DNA of 64,000 nt from Bacteroidales bacterium. Its GTDB lineage: Bacteria > Bacteroidota > Bacteroidia > Bacteroidales > FEN-979. A model generated the notes under the pieces. The model searched no databases. It was given only the letters and a program-made list of their open reading frames with translations, and was not told the origin of the DNA. Numbering within the stretch: the stretch's first letter is position 1; every line of letters begins with the position of its first letter. Positions 21,233 to 30,135 of this stretch are shown in pieces. Position numbers and translations under genes: made by a program. The stretch spans positions 7,120-71,119 of the forward strand of contig JACZJJ010000161.1 in NCBI GenBank assembly GCA_014860625.1, given 5' to 3'.

Positions 21233-21255
21233 ATCCCCTGAAGGGGACTTACTCC
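21224..21255 (+). repeat. Copy 1 of a 32-nt element AACCCCTAAATCCCCTGAAGGGGACTTACTCC
   Basis: Identical, apart from 1 nt, to 22668-22699. It contains the stop codon of the 81-aa gene and a CCCCT/AGGGG hairpin. Confidence 0.85.
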
Positions 21256-21270
21256 GGTCAATCTGAGATT

Positions 21271-21326
21271 TTTCACCATTTCGCAATTTCGCTACTTCGC
21301 TATTTCGCTACCTCGCTACTTCACTA
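21271..21326. repeat. Octamer tandem array, 7 units of TTTCGCTA-like sequence (TAGCGAAA on the minus strand)
   Basis: Read directly. The recR stop codon (TAG, 21316-21318) and its last codons (VVK) are array units. Confidence 0.9.
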
Positions 21327-21930
21327 CCTGATAAGGCGTCCGGTTCAGGATCGACCTCCCCAGTGTCACCTCATCCGTATGTTCCAGTTCGTCGCCGATA
21401 GAGATTCCGCGAGCGATCATTGAGATCGGGATTTCGAAAGGACTCATCTTTTTAAAGAGGTAAAAGTTGGTTGTATCTCCTTCGATGGTTGACGGAAGGG
21501 CCAGGATGATCTCCTTCAAATCACCGGATGAAACCCGTTCTACCAGCGAGGCGATGTTCAGATCCTGAGGGCCGATTCCCTCTATAGGTGAGATGATTCC
21601 TCCCAGAACATGGTAAACACCGGTATATTGCGCGGTGTTCTCAATTGCCATGACATCCCGGATGTCTTCTACAACGCAAACCAGCGAAGCATCACGCTTG
21701 GGACTTGCGCAAATGTCGCAAAGTTCTTTGTCGGAAATGTTCTGGCACCTCGAACAGAAAACAATCTCCCTGCGCATCCTGATCACTGAATTGCCAAAGG
21801 CTTCAACCTCTTCCGGGGAACTGCGCAAGAGATGGAGGGCCATCCGGAGGGCCGTTTTGCGTCCGATTCCCGGTAGTTTGGCCAGCTCATTTACGGCGTT
21901 TTCGAGCAACCGTGACGGGAAGTTGTACAT
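21316..21930 (-). CDS. recR: Recombination protein RecR
   Basis: 204 aa. HhH motif ([17 protein letters not shown]), Zn finger C..C....C..C and a Toprim region. Confidence 0.92.
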   Translation of the reverse strand: MYNFPSRLLENAVNELAKLPGIGRKTALRMALHLLRSSPEEVEAFGNSVIRMRREIVFCSRCQNISDKELCDICASPKRDASLVCVVEDIRDVMAIENTAQYTGVYHVLGGIISPIEGIGPQDLNIASLVERVSSGDLKEIILALPSTIEGDTTNFYLFKKMSPFEIPISMIARGISIGDELEHTDEVTLGRSILNRTPYQVVK

Positions 21931-21968
21931 TGATGCGATTTTCGTTTACTTTGCAAAGATAACGAATC

Positions 21969-22676
21969 ATGATCATGTTGAGAGCCATCCTTGTTTCGGT
22001 TTGTTTCATTTCATCCGCTGCCTCATTTTCCCAGGATACAGTCAACCAGGTTGATTCCCAGGGCAGAAAACAGGGCTTCTGGCGGAAAATGGATAAAGAC
22101 AATTTACGGGTATATGAAGGGCAGTTCAGAGATGATATACCTTACGGAAAATTCACCTATTTCTATCAGAACAGCAAGATCAGAACGGTCTCTCTGATTT
22201 CTGAAGAGGGTCGGACTGCAAGCACCACATCCTGGTTCCCCAACAGCAAACTGATGGCCAAAGGCAGGTACATCGACCAGAAACGTGATTCCCTGTGGCA
22301 GTTTTTCAGCGAGTATGACGGCTCTCTGGTATCCGAGGAATTTTATGCGGAAGGGGTGAAGCATGGCCCGGAGAAGATTTTCTATCCGGGTAAAGGCATA
22401 TCGGAGATCATCCCCTGGGTGGATGGAGTGAAAGAGGGCATCTGGGAGCAGTTCTACGACGACGGAGCTCCCAAACTCACCGGAGCATTTAAAAACGGCG
22501 AGAAGGATGGTCCCCTGAAAACCTTCTTCATCAACGGAAAACTTCTTGTTTCAGGCTTTTACACCAACGGCCACCAGGACAGCACCTGGATCTATTACGA
22601 CGATAAAGGCAGCGTAACGCTCAAGGAGTACTATGATGATGGAATTCTCTTGAAGTCGGAGGAAATGAACCCCTAA
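21969..22676 (+). CDS. Secreted MORN-variant repeat protein (YwqK-like)
   Basis: 235 aa with a signal peptide. Repeated G.W..(F/Y)(Y/F)..G....(G/E).Y..G...G units. Confidence 0.6.
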   Translation: MIMLRAILVSVCFISSAASFSQDTVNQVDSQGRKQGFWRKMDKDNLRVYEGQFRDDIPYGKFTYFYQNSKIRTVSLISEEGRTASTTSWFPNSKLMAKGRYIDQKRDSLWQFFSEYDGSLVSEEFYAEGVKHGPEKIFYPGKGISEIIPWVDGVKEGIWEQFYDDGAPKLTGAFKNGEKDGPLKTFFINGKLLVSGFYTNGHQDSTWIYYDDKGSVTLKEYYDDGILLKSEEMNP

Positions 22677-22717
22677 ATCCCCTAAAGGGGACTTACTCCC
22701 TCCCCTTTAGGGGAGGG
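22668..22717 (+). repeat. Copy 2 of the 32-nt element plus an adjacent 8-bp GC hairpin (CCCTCCCC-TTTA-GGGGAGGG)
   Basis: Read directly. It contains the stop codon of the MORN-repeat gene and may act as a bidirectional terminator between convergent genes, although there is no U-tract. Confidence 0.8.
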
Positions 22718-22730
22718 TTGGGGAGGAGTT

Positions 22731-22762
22731 ATCCAGTCATCCAGTGATCTAGACATCCAGCC
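22731..22762. repeat. Octamer tandem array (ATCCAGTC, ATCCAGTG, ATCTAGAC, ATCCAGCC)
   Basis: Read directly. It includes the stop and last codons (...RLDV*) of the oxidoreductase gene. Confidence 0.8.
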
Positions 22763-24167
22763 TGATCTCCTCCACCGTCCCCTCCAGCCGGCTCTTCTCC
22801 GCCATGAAGCCCATGATGTGGCTTTCGATCGATTGGTCGATGGTGGAAGTGAGAAGATCGGGATTGCGCTGATAGACAGCCTGCAACCAGTCGGCCATGA
22901 GTCGCCAGTCGCCGCCGCCATGGCCTGAGTTTTTGTATGTTTTGGTATTTAGTTCGCTGGCTTCCATGGTTTTGGATTCATTGGTACGGAAGTCGTAAAT
23001 CGTGAACTTCGACATATCGCCTTCAATGAAGCCCATACTTCCCATCACACGTGTACGCCTCCCTCCCCATGGGGTAAAAGCTTCCATGCTGAAAGCAGCT
23101 GTGACGTTATCGTCAAACTGGATATTAGCTATGTAGTGATCGCACTGATCATTGTCCATATCGTAGACACAACGGCCATAATTGGTTGTCTCCAGTGCAT
23201 GACGGATAGCTTTTGGCACCTCATTCGGGTCATCCGGCAAATCAAACACATAGTTCCACCCGCTTTTCGGGTTGTAGATTTTTTCTGCTTCGTAGGGACA
23301 TTTTCGCCTGGCATTGCATCCATTGGCACAACGAGCGGTCCATCCCTCCGGGGCATTCTCTTTGGCAAACCACTTCAAATCTCCAAATGCCTGAATTTTT
23401 TGTGAAGGCTTTCCGATCATCCAGCGAAGGATGTCAAGGTCGTGGCACGACTTTGCCAGGATAATGGGTGTGCACTCTTTGGAATTGTGCCAGTTCCCAC
23501 GCACATACGAATGGCTCATGTGGATGTGCTGGATTGGCTCCATGTGCTGAATGCTGATCACTTCCCCGATGGCGTCTTCCTGCATCAATTCCCTAAGCTT
23601 TATGAAATATGGGGCATACCTCAGGACATGACAAACAGCAACAATCTGCCCGGTTTTTTTAGTCAGCTCCAGGATATCCCGGCACTCCTGTTCGGAAGGA
23701 GAGATTGGTTTCTCCAGCAGGACGTCATACCCCATCTTGAGCGCCTGCATGCAAGGTCCGTAATGCAAGGCATCCGGCGTGGTGACAATAATGGCATCAG
23801 CAAATTTAGGCTGATTGAAGACATGCTCCCACGTAACGAACTGGTGCTCTTTCGGGATGTTGTGCTTGGCGGAATAGCGTTCAATCCGAAGAGGAATTGG
23901 TTCTGCCACCCCAACAATCTTTAGCTGATCGGGATATTCTACTGCATAGTTCCCATACACGTTTCCCCTGGCCCCGGCACCGCAGGTGATCGCGGTAATC
24001 GGTTTCTTGAGCTTGACATGTTTCTGATTATCAGGCAGGATGATAGGATAGCCCATTTCATCGGTGGCCCAGGAAGAAAATGGGATAAAGCTTGCCCCAA
24101 TGGCAACGCCCATCCATTTGAGGGCATCGCGGCGGGAGAGAGAGGAGGGGGGAGGTTTTGGGTCCAT
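22749..24167 (-). CDS. Gfo/Idh/MocA-family oxidoreductase with twin-arginine signal
   Basis: 472 aa. Tat-like N-terminus (SRRDALKWMGVAIGASF) and an N-terminal Rossmann domain (ITCGAGARG ... LLEKP). Confidence 0.8.
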   Translation of the reverse strand: MDPKPPPSSLSRRDALKWMGVAIGASFIPFSSWATDEMGYPIILPDNQKHVKLKKPITAITCGAGARGNVYGNYAVEYPDQLKIVGVAEPIPLRIERYSAKHNIPKEHQFVTWEHVFNQPKFADAIIVTTPDALHYGPCMQALKMGYDVLLEKPISPSEQECRDILELTKKTGQIVAVCHVLRYAPYFIKLRELMQEDAIGEVISIQHMEPIQHIHMSHSYVRGNWHNSKECTPIILAKSCHDLDILRWMIGKPSQKIQAFGDLKWFAKENAPEGWTARCANGCNARRKCPYEAEKIYNPKSGWNYVFDLPDDPNEVPKAIRHALETTNYGRCVYDMDNDQCDHYIANIQFDDNVTAAFSMEAFTPWGGRRTRVMGSMGFIEGDMSKFTIYDFRTNESKTMEASELNTKTYKNSGHGGGDWRLMADWLQAVYQRNPDLLTSTIDQSIESHIMGFMAEKSRLEGTVEEIRLDV

Positions 24168-24316
24168 GTGATTGTACTATTGGTGGCAGGGTCGGTTATA
24201 TTTACCCTTCCCTGCTGAAGGTTATAACAAAGAACAATAAACAAGAAACAAAAAACAAAAATAATCAGGACATTTTATTAATCACCACCAGAAATTTCTG
24301 ATTCCTTGTTCCTTAT

Positions 24317-26914
24317 TTATTGTTCCTTATTCTCAAACACCAACGCCCCGTCTTTCACATCCACCATGATTTCCGAATCCTTGTCCACTTTCCCCTGGAG
24401 GATCATCTTGGAGAGTTCGTTTAGTACTTGCTTCTGGAGAACACGCTTGATTGGACGGGCACCGTACTGGGGATCAAAGCCGACGTTCCCGATGAATTCG
24501 ATTGCCTTGTCAGTAGCTGAAAGCCTGATATTGTTCTTCTCCAGCATCTTCTCAACGATACCCAGCTGAAGCCGAACCACATCCATGATCTCCTCTTTTG
24601 TCAGTGGCTGGAACATGATGATCTCATCTACACGGTTCAGGAACTCAGGACGGATGCTCTTTTTCAACAGGTCAAATACCTGTTTCCGGGTATCGTTCAG
24701 GATCTCTTCCCGGTTGTTCTTATTGATCTTCTCCAGATTCTCCTGGATGATATGCGACCCGATGTTGGAGGTCATGATGACGATGGTGTTCTTGAAATCC
24801 ACCGTTCTCCCTTTGTTGTCGGTGAGCCTGCCGTCATCAAGGACCTGGAGCAGGATATTGAAAACATCGGGATGGGCTTTTTCGATCTCGTCAAGAAGAA
24901 CCACCGAGTAGGGTTTCCGTCTGACGGCTTCCGTGAGTTGGCCGCTTTCATCGTATCCCACGTACCCCGGAGGCGCTCCGATCAGGCGGCTTACCGTGTG
25001 GCGTTCCTGATATTCCGACATGTCGATCCTTACCATGCTGTTTTCGTTGTTGAAGAGAAATTCGGCAAGCGCTTTGGCAAGTTCGGTCTTTCCAACGCCG
25101 GTAGTTCCCAGGAAAATGAATGATCCGATGGGGCGGCGGGCATCCTGCAGCCCTGCCCTGCTCCGGCGGATGGCGTCCGAGATGGCACCAATCGCCTCCT
25201 CCTGTCCTACAACCCGCATGTGCAGTTCGGTCTCCAGGTCCATCAGTTTCTCCCGTTCACTCTGAAGCATCCGTGTGACAGGAATTCCTGTCCACCGGGA
25301 AACAACATCCGCGATCTCCTCGGCTCCAACCTCCTCATTTACCATGGGAGAGTCTTTCTGGATCTCAGACAACTTCGATTTAGATACCTCAATAGACTTT
25401 TCAGCTGCAGGAATCTTCCCATAACGGATCTCTGCGACAAGCCCCAGATCTCCGTTGCGGTCGGCCTGGTCGGCCTCGAGCTTCATATTTTCGATCTCTT
25501 TCTTTGTGGTCTGGATCTGCTCCACCAGCTCTTTCTCTGCCTGCCACTTGGCTTTCATCTCATTCCGTTCGTCGCTCAGGTTGGCAATCTCTTCATTCAG
25601 CTCTTTCAGCTTATCCTTGTCGTTCTCCCTTTTAATAGCTTCGCGTTCGATCTCGAGCTGGCGGATTTTCCGTTCGATCTTCTCCAACTCCTCTGGAAGG
25701 GAGTTGATCTCCAGTCTGAGTTTGGAGGCTGCTTCATCGATCAGGTCGATGGCTTTATCAGGGAGGAAACGGTCGGAAATGTAACGCTGGGATAATTCTA
25801 CAGCAGCAATGATGGCGTCGTCTTTGATCCGCACGTGGTGATGCGTCTCATACCTTTCTTTCAACCCTCTGAGGATACTGATGGCGTCCAGGGTGTCTGG
25901 TTCGTTCACCAAAACAGGCTGGAAGCGGCGTTCGAGCGCCTTGTCTTTTTCAAAGTACTTCTGGTATTCTTTCAACGTCGTAGCCCCGATCGCCCTTAAT
26001 TCTCCACGGGCCAGAGCCGGCTTCAGGATATTGGCGGCATCCATGGCCCCTTCAGTAGCCCCGGCACCGACCAGGGTGTGGATCTCGTCGATAAACAGGA
26101 CGATCTCCCCGTCAGAACCGATGACCTCCTTGACGACACTCTTCAAACGCTCTTCAAATTCACCCCGGTATTTGGCTCCTGCCATCAGGGACCCCATATC
26201 CAGTGAGTAAATCTGCTTGCTTTTCAGGTTTTCGGGCACATCCCCGTCAATGATCCGGTGAGCGAGCCCTTCGGCGATGGCAGTCTTTCCAACTCCTGGT
26301 TCTCCGATCAGGATCGGGTTGTTTTTCGTACGGCGGCTCAAGATCTGGAGAACCCGGCGGATCTCTTCATCGCGGCCGATGACCGGGTCGAGTTTTCCTT
26401 CCCGCGCCATCTCGTTGAGATTCCTCGCATACCGGTTCAGGGCGTTGTAATTCTCTTCGGCCGACTGGCTTTTGACATTACTTCCTTGGCGCAGTTGTTT
26501 GATGGAGGCCATCAGGTCTTTTTCCGTGATGCCGTTGTCCTTCATCAGTCGGGAAGTGGCATCATTCACACTGAGAATTCCCAGCAGCATATGTTCAATA
26601 GAAACGAAGTCGTCTTTCATCTCCTGGCACAGGGCAACAGCTTTCTGGAGTGCCTGGTTTGCCTCACGGCTCAGGAAAGGCTCCCCTCCTGAGACTTTTG
26701 GGTAGGATTCAATGATTTTGTCAAGCGCCTTGGTGAAGATCGGCACATTGACATTCAGTTTTTTTAACAGGTAGGGGATGACATTCTCATCTACAGTAAG
26801 CATCCCTTTCAGCAGGTGAGAGGTCTCAATCGACTGGTTCTGAAATGCCTGGGCAATCTCCCCGGCCTTCTGAACCGCCTCCTGTGATTTGATTGTGAAA
26901 TTGTTAAAATTCAT
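24317..26914 (-). CDS. clpB: ATP-dependent chaperone ClpB
   Basis: The track ORF (885 aa) extends into the upstream hairpin repeats. I start at [15 protein letters not shown] (26914), giving 865 aa. Two AAA+ modules ([16 protein letters not shown]) and a coiled-coil M domain. Confidence 0.95.
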   Translation of the reverse strand: MNFNNFTIKSQEAVQKAGEIAQAFQNQSIETSHLLKGMLTVDENVIPYLLKKLNVNVPIFTKALDKIIESYPKVSGGEPFLSREANQALQKAVALCQEMKDDFVSIEHMLLGILSVNDATSRLMKDNGITEKDLMASIKQLRQGSNVKSQSAEENYNALNRYARNLNEMAREGKLDPVIGRDEEIRRVLQILSRRTKNNPILIGEPGVGKTAIAEGLAHRIIDGDVPENLKSKQIYSLDMGSLMAGAKYRGEFEERLKSVVKEVIGSDGEIVLFIDEIHTLVGAGATEGAMDAANILKPALARGELRAIGATTLKEYQKYFEKDKALERRFQPVLVNEPDTLDAISILRGLKERYETHHHVRIKDDAIIAAVELSQRYISDRFLPDKAIDLIDEAASKLRLEINSLPEELEKIERKIRQLEIEREAIKRENDKDKLKELNEEIANLSDERNEMKAKWQAEKELVEQIQTTKKEIENMKLEADQADRNGDLGLVAEIRYGKIPAAEKSIEVSKSKLSEIQKDSPMVNEEVGAEEIADVVSRWTGIPVTRMLQSEREKLMDLETELHMRVVGQEEAIGAISDAIRRSRAGLQDARRPIGSFIFLGTTGVGKTELAKALAEFLFNNENSMVRIDMSEYQERHTVSRLIGAPPGYVGYDESGQLTEAVRRKPYSVVLLDEIEKAHPDVFNILLQVLDDGRLTDNKGRTVDFKNTIVIMTSNIGSHIIQENLEKINKNNREEILNDTRKQVFDLLKKSIRPEFLNRVDEIIMFQPLTKEEIMDVVRLQLGIVEKMLEKNNIRLSATDKAIEFIGNVGFDPQYGARPIKRVLQKQVLNELSKMILQGKVDKDSEIMVDVKDGALVFENKEQ

Positions 26915-26933
26915 ATCGTTGTATTTTTCTTTA

Positions 26934-27014
26934 TCATGGGCGGGTTTGGAACCCGCCCTTACTTGGTCTATCACGGGCGGGTTTGGAACCCGCCCCTACT
27001 TGTTCGCTTGTTCG
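26934..27014. repeat. Two direct copies (37-nt period) of a 32-nt unit containing the hairpin GGGCGGGTT-TGGA-ACCCGCCC, then CTTGTTCG x2
   Basis: Read directly: 26934-26965 and 26971-27002 differ at 2 positions. They lie 20-90 nt upstream of the clpB start, on the template for its 5' leader. Confidence 0.9.
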
Positions 27015-27151
27015 CCGGGGGCATGTCAAAAATCCTGCCACCAGTTACGTGACTGAAAATTACAGAATTTTTGGCAGGTCTGGTGCATACATCAGGTCTT
27101 TTTGTCTTGAATCCCAACCTTTTTTGCTACTTTCGCGTGAATGAATTCACA

Positions 27152-27514
27152 ATGAATAAGCCTACCCTTGTCATAGGAGCCTCCACCAATCCCGACCGCT
27201 ATTCATATATGGCGATCAGGTCTCTTGTGATACATCATTTCAAGGTGTATGCTCTGGGGCTTCGCGAAGGGAAGGTACACGGAATCTCTATCTCCAGACC
27301 ATTTCCACAGATCCCTGAAATCCATACAGTCACCATGTATGTCGGAAAAAGGAATCAACCCTTCTATTACGACTACATCGTGAGCCTGAAGCCGAAACGT
27401 ATCATTTTTAATCCGGGAAGTGAAAATAAGGAGCTGGAAAGGATGATGACTGATGCCGGTACAGAGGTGATGCATGCGTGCACACTGGTGATGCTGGCTC
27501 AGGGGGGGTATTAG
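27152..27514 (+). CDS. CoA-binding domain protein (YccU-like)
   Basis: I start at the internal Met (MNKPTLVIGASTNPDRYSY...), giving 120 aa, a typical small CoA-binding Rossmann protein. Confidence 0.65.
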   Translation: MNKPTLVIGASTNPDRYSYMAIRSLVIHHFKVYALGLREGKVHGISISRPFPQIPEIHTVTMYVGKRNQPFYYDYIVSLKPKRIIFNPGSENKELERMMTDAGTEVMHACTLVMLAQGGY

Positions 27515-27584
27515 TGAAATATCTTTCAGGCTCTTCCGTTATTGATTTATTCGTATTTTTACACCTTCAATCGAACCGACCAGG

Positions 27585-28757
27585 ATGAAACGTGTTTCCC
27601 TTCTTTTCTTGCTTTTTTTACCTCTCTTTTCAATCAGTCAGATTACCTGCACCGTAACTCCTTCCGATACACTGATGTGTGGCCGCGACAGTATCGGATT
27701 TGTGGCGAGCGTTCAGGGATCGGACCCCACCACATTTCAGTGGCTGAAAAATGGAATCATCATTCCGGATGCGATTAACGATACGTTTGCTTTTCCAGAG
27801 GTGATGGCTAGCGATACCGGGATTTACAATTGCATTGCCACCCGTGGATCAGATATCGACACAAGTAATGATGCGCATCTCAGCGTTCACCCTGTGATGA
27901 ATATCAGTGAGCTGACACGGGTCAATGAGACCAGCTGCCGGATGACCAGGAATGATGACGGGTCCTATTCTCCCAACTGCAAAGCTCAGTTTTTAGTTGG
28001 CATTGAAGGTGGAGTAAGACCTTTGATCTATTACTGGGGCGGAGGCTTTATGCAGGATTCTCTGGTGTTGGGGTTATGCCCTGACAGACACTATACGGTC
28101 CGGATCACGGATAACAATGGATGCCAGGTGGATTCCACTTTTTTTGTGGATTACCTGAAAACACCGGATGTTCCCTTTAGAAAATACCTTACGGATTATG
28201 AATCTCCCCGTGATACGTTTTACCTGACTAACCCAAATGTAACAGTCAGGTTCCCTGATCAATACCTTGATTCGATTGTGAGCTGGGTGTGGCGTTTCGG
28301 GGATGGGGATACCATTCCAAACCAGAATCCGGCAACACATGCTTACGAAAAAAACGGGGAGTTCCTGGTCTCTCTTAAAATTACTGACCTGAATGACTGC
28401 GATACGACCATTCAAGATTCAGTCACAATTCGTACCGCTCTGTTGAAAATCCCCTATGCCTTCACGCCGAATGGAGATGGGTTCAACGATAAATTTGAGA
28501 TCAAGATTTTATTGGATAATGATCCGGAAAGCACCAATTACGACAACCTGTCATTTGATGAAGCTTATCTGAGCAATGAGTTCATAGTCTTTGACCGGGC
28601 CGGTAAAAAGGTCTACAATGCCACAAATTATAAAAGTGGCGACTGGGATGGCAGGAATCTTCCGGATGGGGTCTATTTCTACATTCTGAAGTGCCAGGGT
28701 CAATTTGAGGATGAAGTGTACCGCGGCGCAATTCATATCCTTGGAAAAGGATTCTGA
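27585..28757 (+). CDS. Secreted Ig-like/PKD-domain protein with T9SS type-B (gliding-motility-associated) C-terminal domain
   Basis: 390 aa with a signal peptide. Ig-like motif (FQWLKNG..I......F.F..V...D.G.Y.C.A), PKD-like motif (W.FGDGD....NP.H.Y..NG.F.V.L), and a C-terminus IPYAFTPNGDGFNDKFEI...GVYFYILK...G.IHILGK. Confidence 0.7.
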   Translation: MKRVSLLFLLFLPLFSISQITCTVTPSDTLMCGRDSIGFVASVQGSDPTTFQWLKNGIIIPDAINDTFAFPEVMASDTGIYNCIATRGSDIDTSNDAHLSVHPVMNISELTRVNETSCRMTRNDDGSYSPNCKAQFLVGIEGGVRPLIYYWGGGFMQDSLVLGLCPDRHYTVRITDNNGCQVDSTFFVDYLKTPDVPFRKYLTDYESPRDTFYLTNPNVTVRFPDQYLDSIVSWVWRFGDGDTIPNQNPATHAYEKNGEFLVSLKITDLNDCDTTIQDSVTIRTALLKIPYAFTPNGDGFNDKFEIKILLDNDPESTNYDNLSFDEAYLSNEFIVFDRAGKKVYNATNYKSGDWDGRNLPDGVYFYILKCQGQFEDEVYRGAIHILGKGF

Positions 28758-28760
28758 GGA

Positions 28761-29996
28761 TTATCCTCCCAACAACATCCTTAAGTAAAACAGCGGATTT
28801 CCCAGTCTCTTTCTGATATCCACATTGGTAAATGCCGCAGAAAGCAGTTCCTGAAATGCTTTGCTTTTGTTTGCCCTTTTTACAACCATGTTAAACAACC
28901 AGGAATATCTGGCGTAACGTTGCATCGCCGCGCTGGCGTTGTGCTCCTTCTCTGTTCGCCGGGCGATCCTGTGGTCGTAATCAGCCAGTCCGGAAGCGGA
29001 GTAGTCGCCCGTTCTGGTACACTCAAGAATCACTGCTGCAGCAGATTCGGCACTGGCCATGGCAAATCCTATTCCCTCTCCCGAAAACGGATCCACGCCC
29101 AGAGCGGCGTCGCCCATCAGCAAATAGCGATCGCCCGAGAGATCGTGCAGGTTCCTGTGAATCGCCAATCCTCTTGCCTGAATGGGAGTTACCTGCCTGG
29201 CATTGATAAACCGTTTGGATATGAAAGGATCGCTGGAAATCAACTTCTTCAGGATAGGTTTCAGCGAAAGACGGTCGCGGATCAGTAAGGGATAAGGAAG
29301 TCCAAGGCCGACATTCGCACGTCCATCCACTTCCGGAAAAATCCACAGATATGCGGGCAACAGATCCTTGATGAAATAGAGGTCGATAAAGTTTTCGGGA
29401 TGAAAGCCGGTCACACCTTCAAAATAGGTCCGCACCGCCATACAGTAATAATTTTTATCAAGTGTTCTGTTACTGAGACTCTTTCTCACAAGCGATCCGA
29501 TTCCGTCGGCTCCGGCCACCATCCTGGCATGTATGATCCTGTTTTCGGTTTGAAGTTCAACCCCATCAGGGATAATTTTCACCTCTTTTACGGCTTCTCC
29601 TTCGATAGGATGAATGGAAGGATATCTCGACAACCGCTCCTGGAGGAACCGGTCAAATGCCAGCCTTGGACTGATATAGCCGGGAGGATCCTGTTCAGTA
29701 GTTCTTTGTGGAATGTAAGGGAGTTCAAGTGGATGGTTCCCGGGGGAATGAAACCGGATGCCCCAGGAGGGAGTTTTAGGAACGTCGCGGAGAAAATCCT
29801 GATAGATGGAGTCAGGCATGCGTTTTAACACATTCAACACCTGTCCGCTGAGGGCATCACCGCATATCACATCCCTAGGGAACCGTGCCTTGTCAATGAT
29901 ACCGATACGCAATCCCGAGTGTGCTAAACTCAATGCCAGCGTGGCTCCAGCCGGACCGGCTCCAACAATGGCGATATCGTAGTCGTGGTGAGTCAT
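28761..29996 (-). CDS. FAD-dependent oxidoreductase, geranylgeranyl-reductase family
   Basis: I start at MTHHDYDIAIVGAGPAGA (29996). The track extension translates the repeat region. Contains the GxGxxG FAD motif and GDAALGVDPFSGEGI. Confidence 0.75.
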   Translation of the reverse strand: MTHHDYDIAIVGAGPAGATLALSLAHSGLRIGIIDKARFPRDVICGDALSGQVLNVLKRMPDSIYQDFLRDVPKTPSWGIRFHSPGNHPLELPYIPQRTTEQDPPGYISPRLAFDRFLQERLSRYPSIHPIEGEAVKEVKIIPDGVELQTENRIIHARMVAGADGIGSLVRKSLSNRTLDKNYYCMAVRTYFEGVTGFHPENFIDLYFIKDLLPAYLWIFPEVDGRANVGLGLPYPLLIRDRLSLKPILKKLISSDPFISKRFINARQVTPIQARGLAIHRNLHDLSGDRYLLMGDAALGVDPFSGEGIGFAMASAESAAAVILECTRTGDYSASGLADYDHRIARRTEKEHNASAAMQRYARYSWLFNMVVKRANKSKAFQELLSAAFTNVDIRKRLGNPLFYLRMLLGG

Positions 29997-30014
29997 GGAG
30001 CGCAAAGATACAAA

Positions 30015-30113
30015 TTGTGAAATAGTGAACCGGAGCGAAGCGGAGCTCGGCGGAGCCAAATGGTGAAATAGTGAAATACGAAATACGAAATACAAAATAC
30101 GAAAAGCGAAAAG
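30015..30113. repeat. Mosaic of short tandem repeats: GTGAAATA-type octamers, CGGAGCnnnn x3 decamers, CGAAATA/CGAAAAG x5 heptamers
   Basis: Read directly. It occupies most of the divergent spacer between the reductase gene and nth. Confidence 0.85.
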
Positions 30114-30116
30114 CTA

Positions 30117-30124
30117 TAACTTTG
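30117..30124 (+). promoter_or_regulatory. Candidate -7 promoter box (TAACTTTG) upstream of nth
   Basis: TAnnTTTG match 12 nt upstream of the ATG at 30136, implying a very short leader. Confidence 0.35.
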
Positions 30125-30135
30125 CGGAAAGCTTA

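Noticed and set aside
21969-22676. The MORN-repeat protein as a toxin-antitoxin component (these are often auto-annotated as YwqK-family antitoxins).
   Set aside because: It has a signal peptide, no adjacent toxin-like gene, and a repeat architecture typical of secreted MORN-variant proteins. The antitoxin label would come from database propagation only.
22682-22921. 79-aa minus-strand ORF overlapping the oxidoreductase 3' end and the hairpin element.
   Set aside because: It is out of frame with a well-supported gene. Its C-terminus (PSPKGEGVSPL) is a translation of the 32-nt element and GC hairpin.
24168-24316. An A/C-rich low-complexity stretch and the 12-bp palindrome CAGAAATTTCTG (24289-24300) between clpB and the oxidoreductase gene, considered as a possible regulatory site or small RNA.
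   Set aside because: It is a single short palindrome with no second copy in the window. The flanking inverted similarity is imperfect. This is not enough to call a feature, although the spacer probably holds the clpB terminator and the oxidoreductase promoter.
26915-26974. N-terminal 20-aa extension of ClpB in the track (start at 26974). Similar extensions occur on the reductase (to 30095), ALDH (from 15410), rpsO (to 15432), CoA-binding protein (from 27071), SusD (to 50272) and the GH-like protein (TTG at 53578).
   Set aside because: The extensions translate repeat or hairpin DNA, overlap the neighbouring genes or a predicted -7 promoter box, and precede an internal Met. That Met restores the canonical N-terminus or signal peptide of the family.
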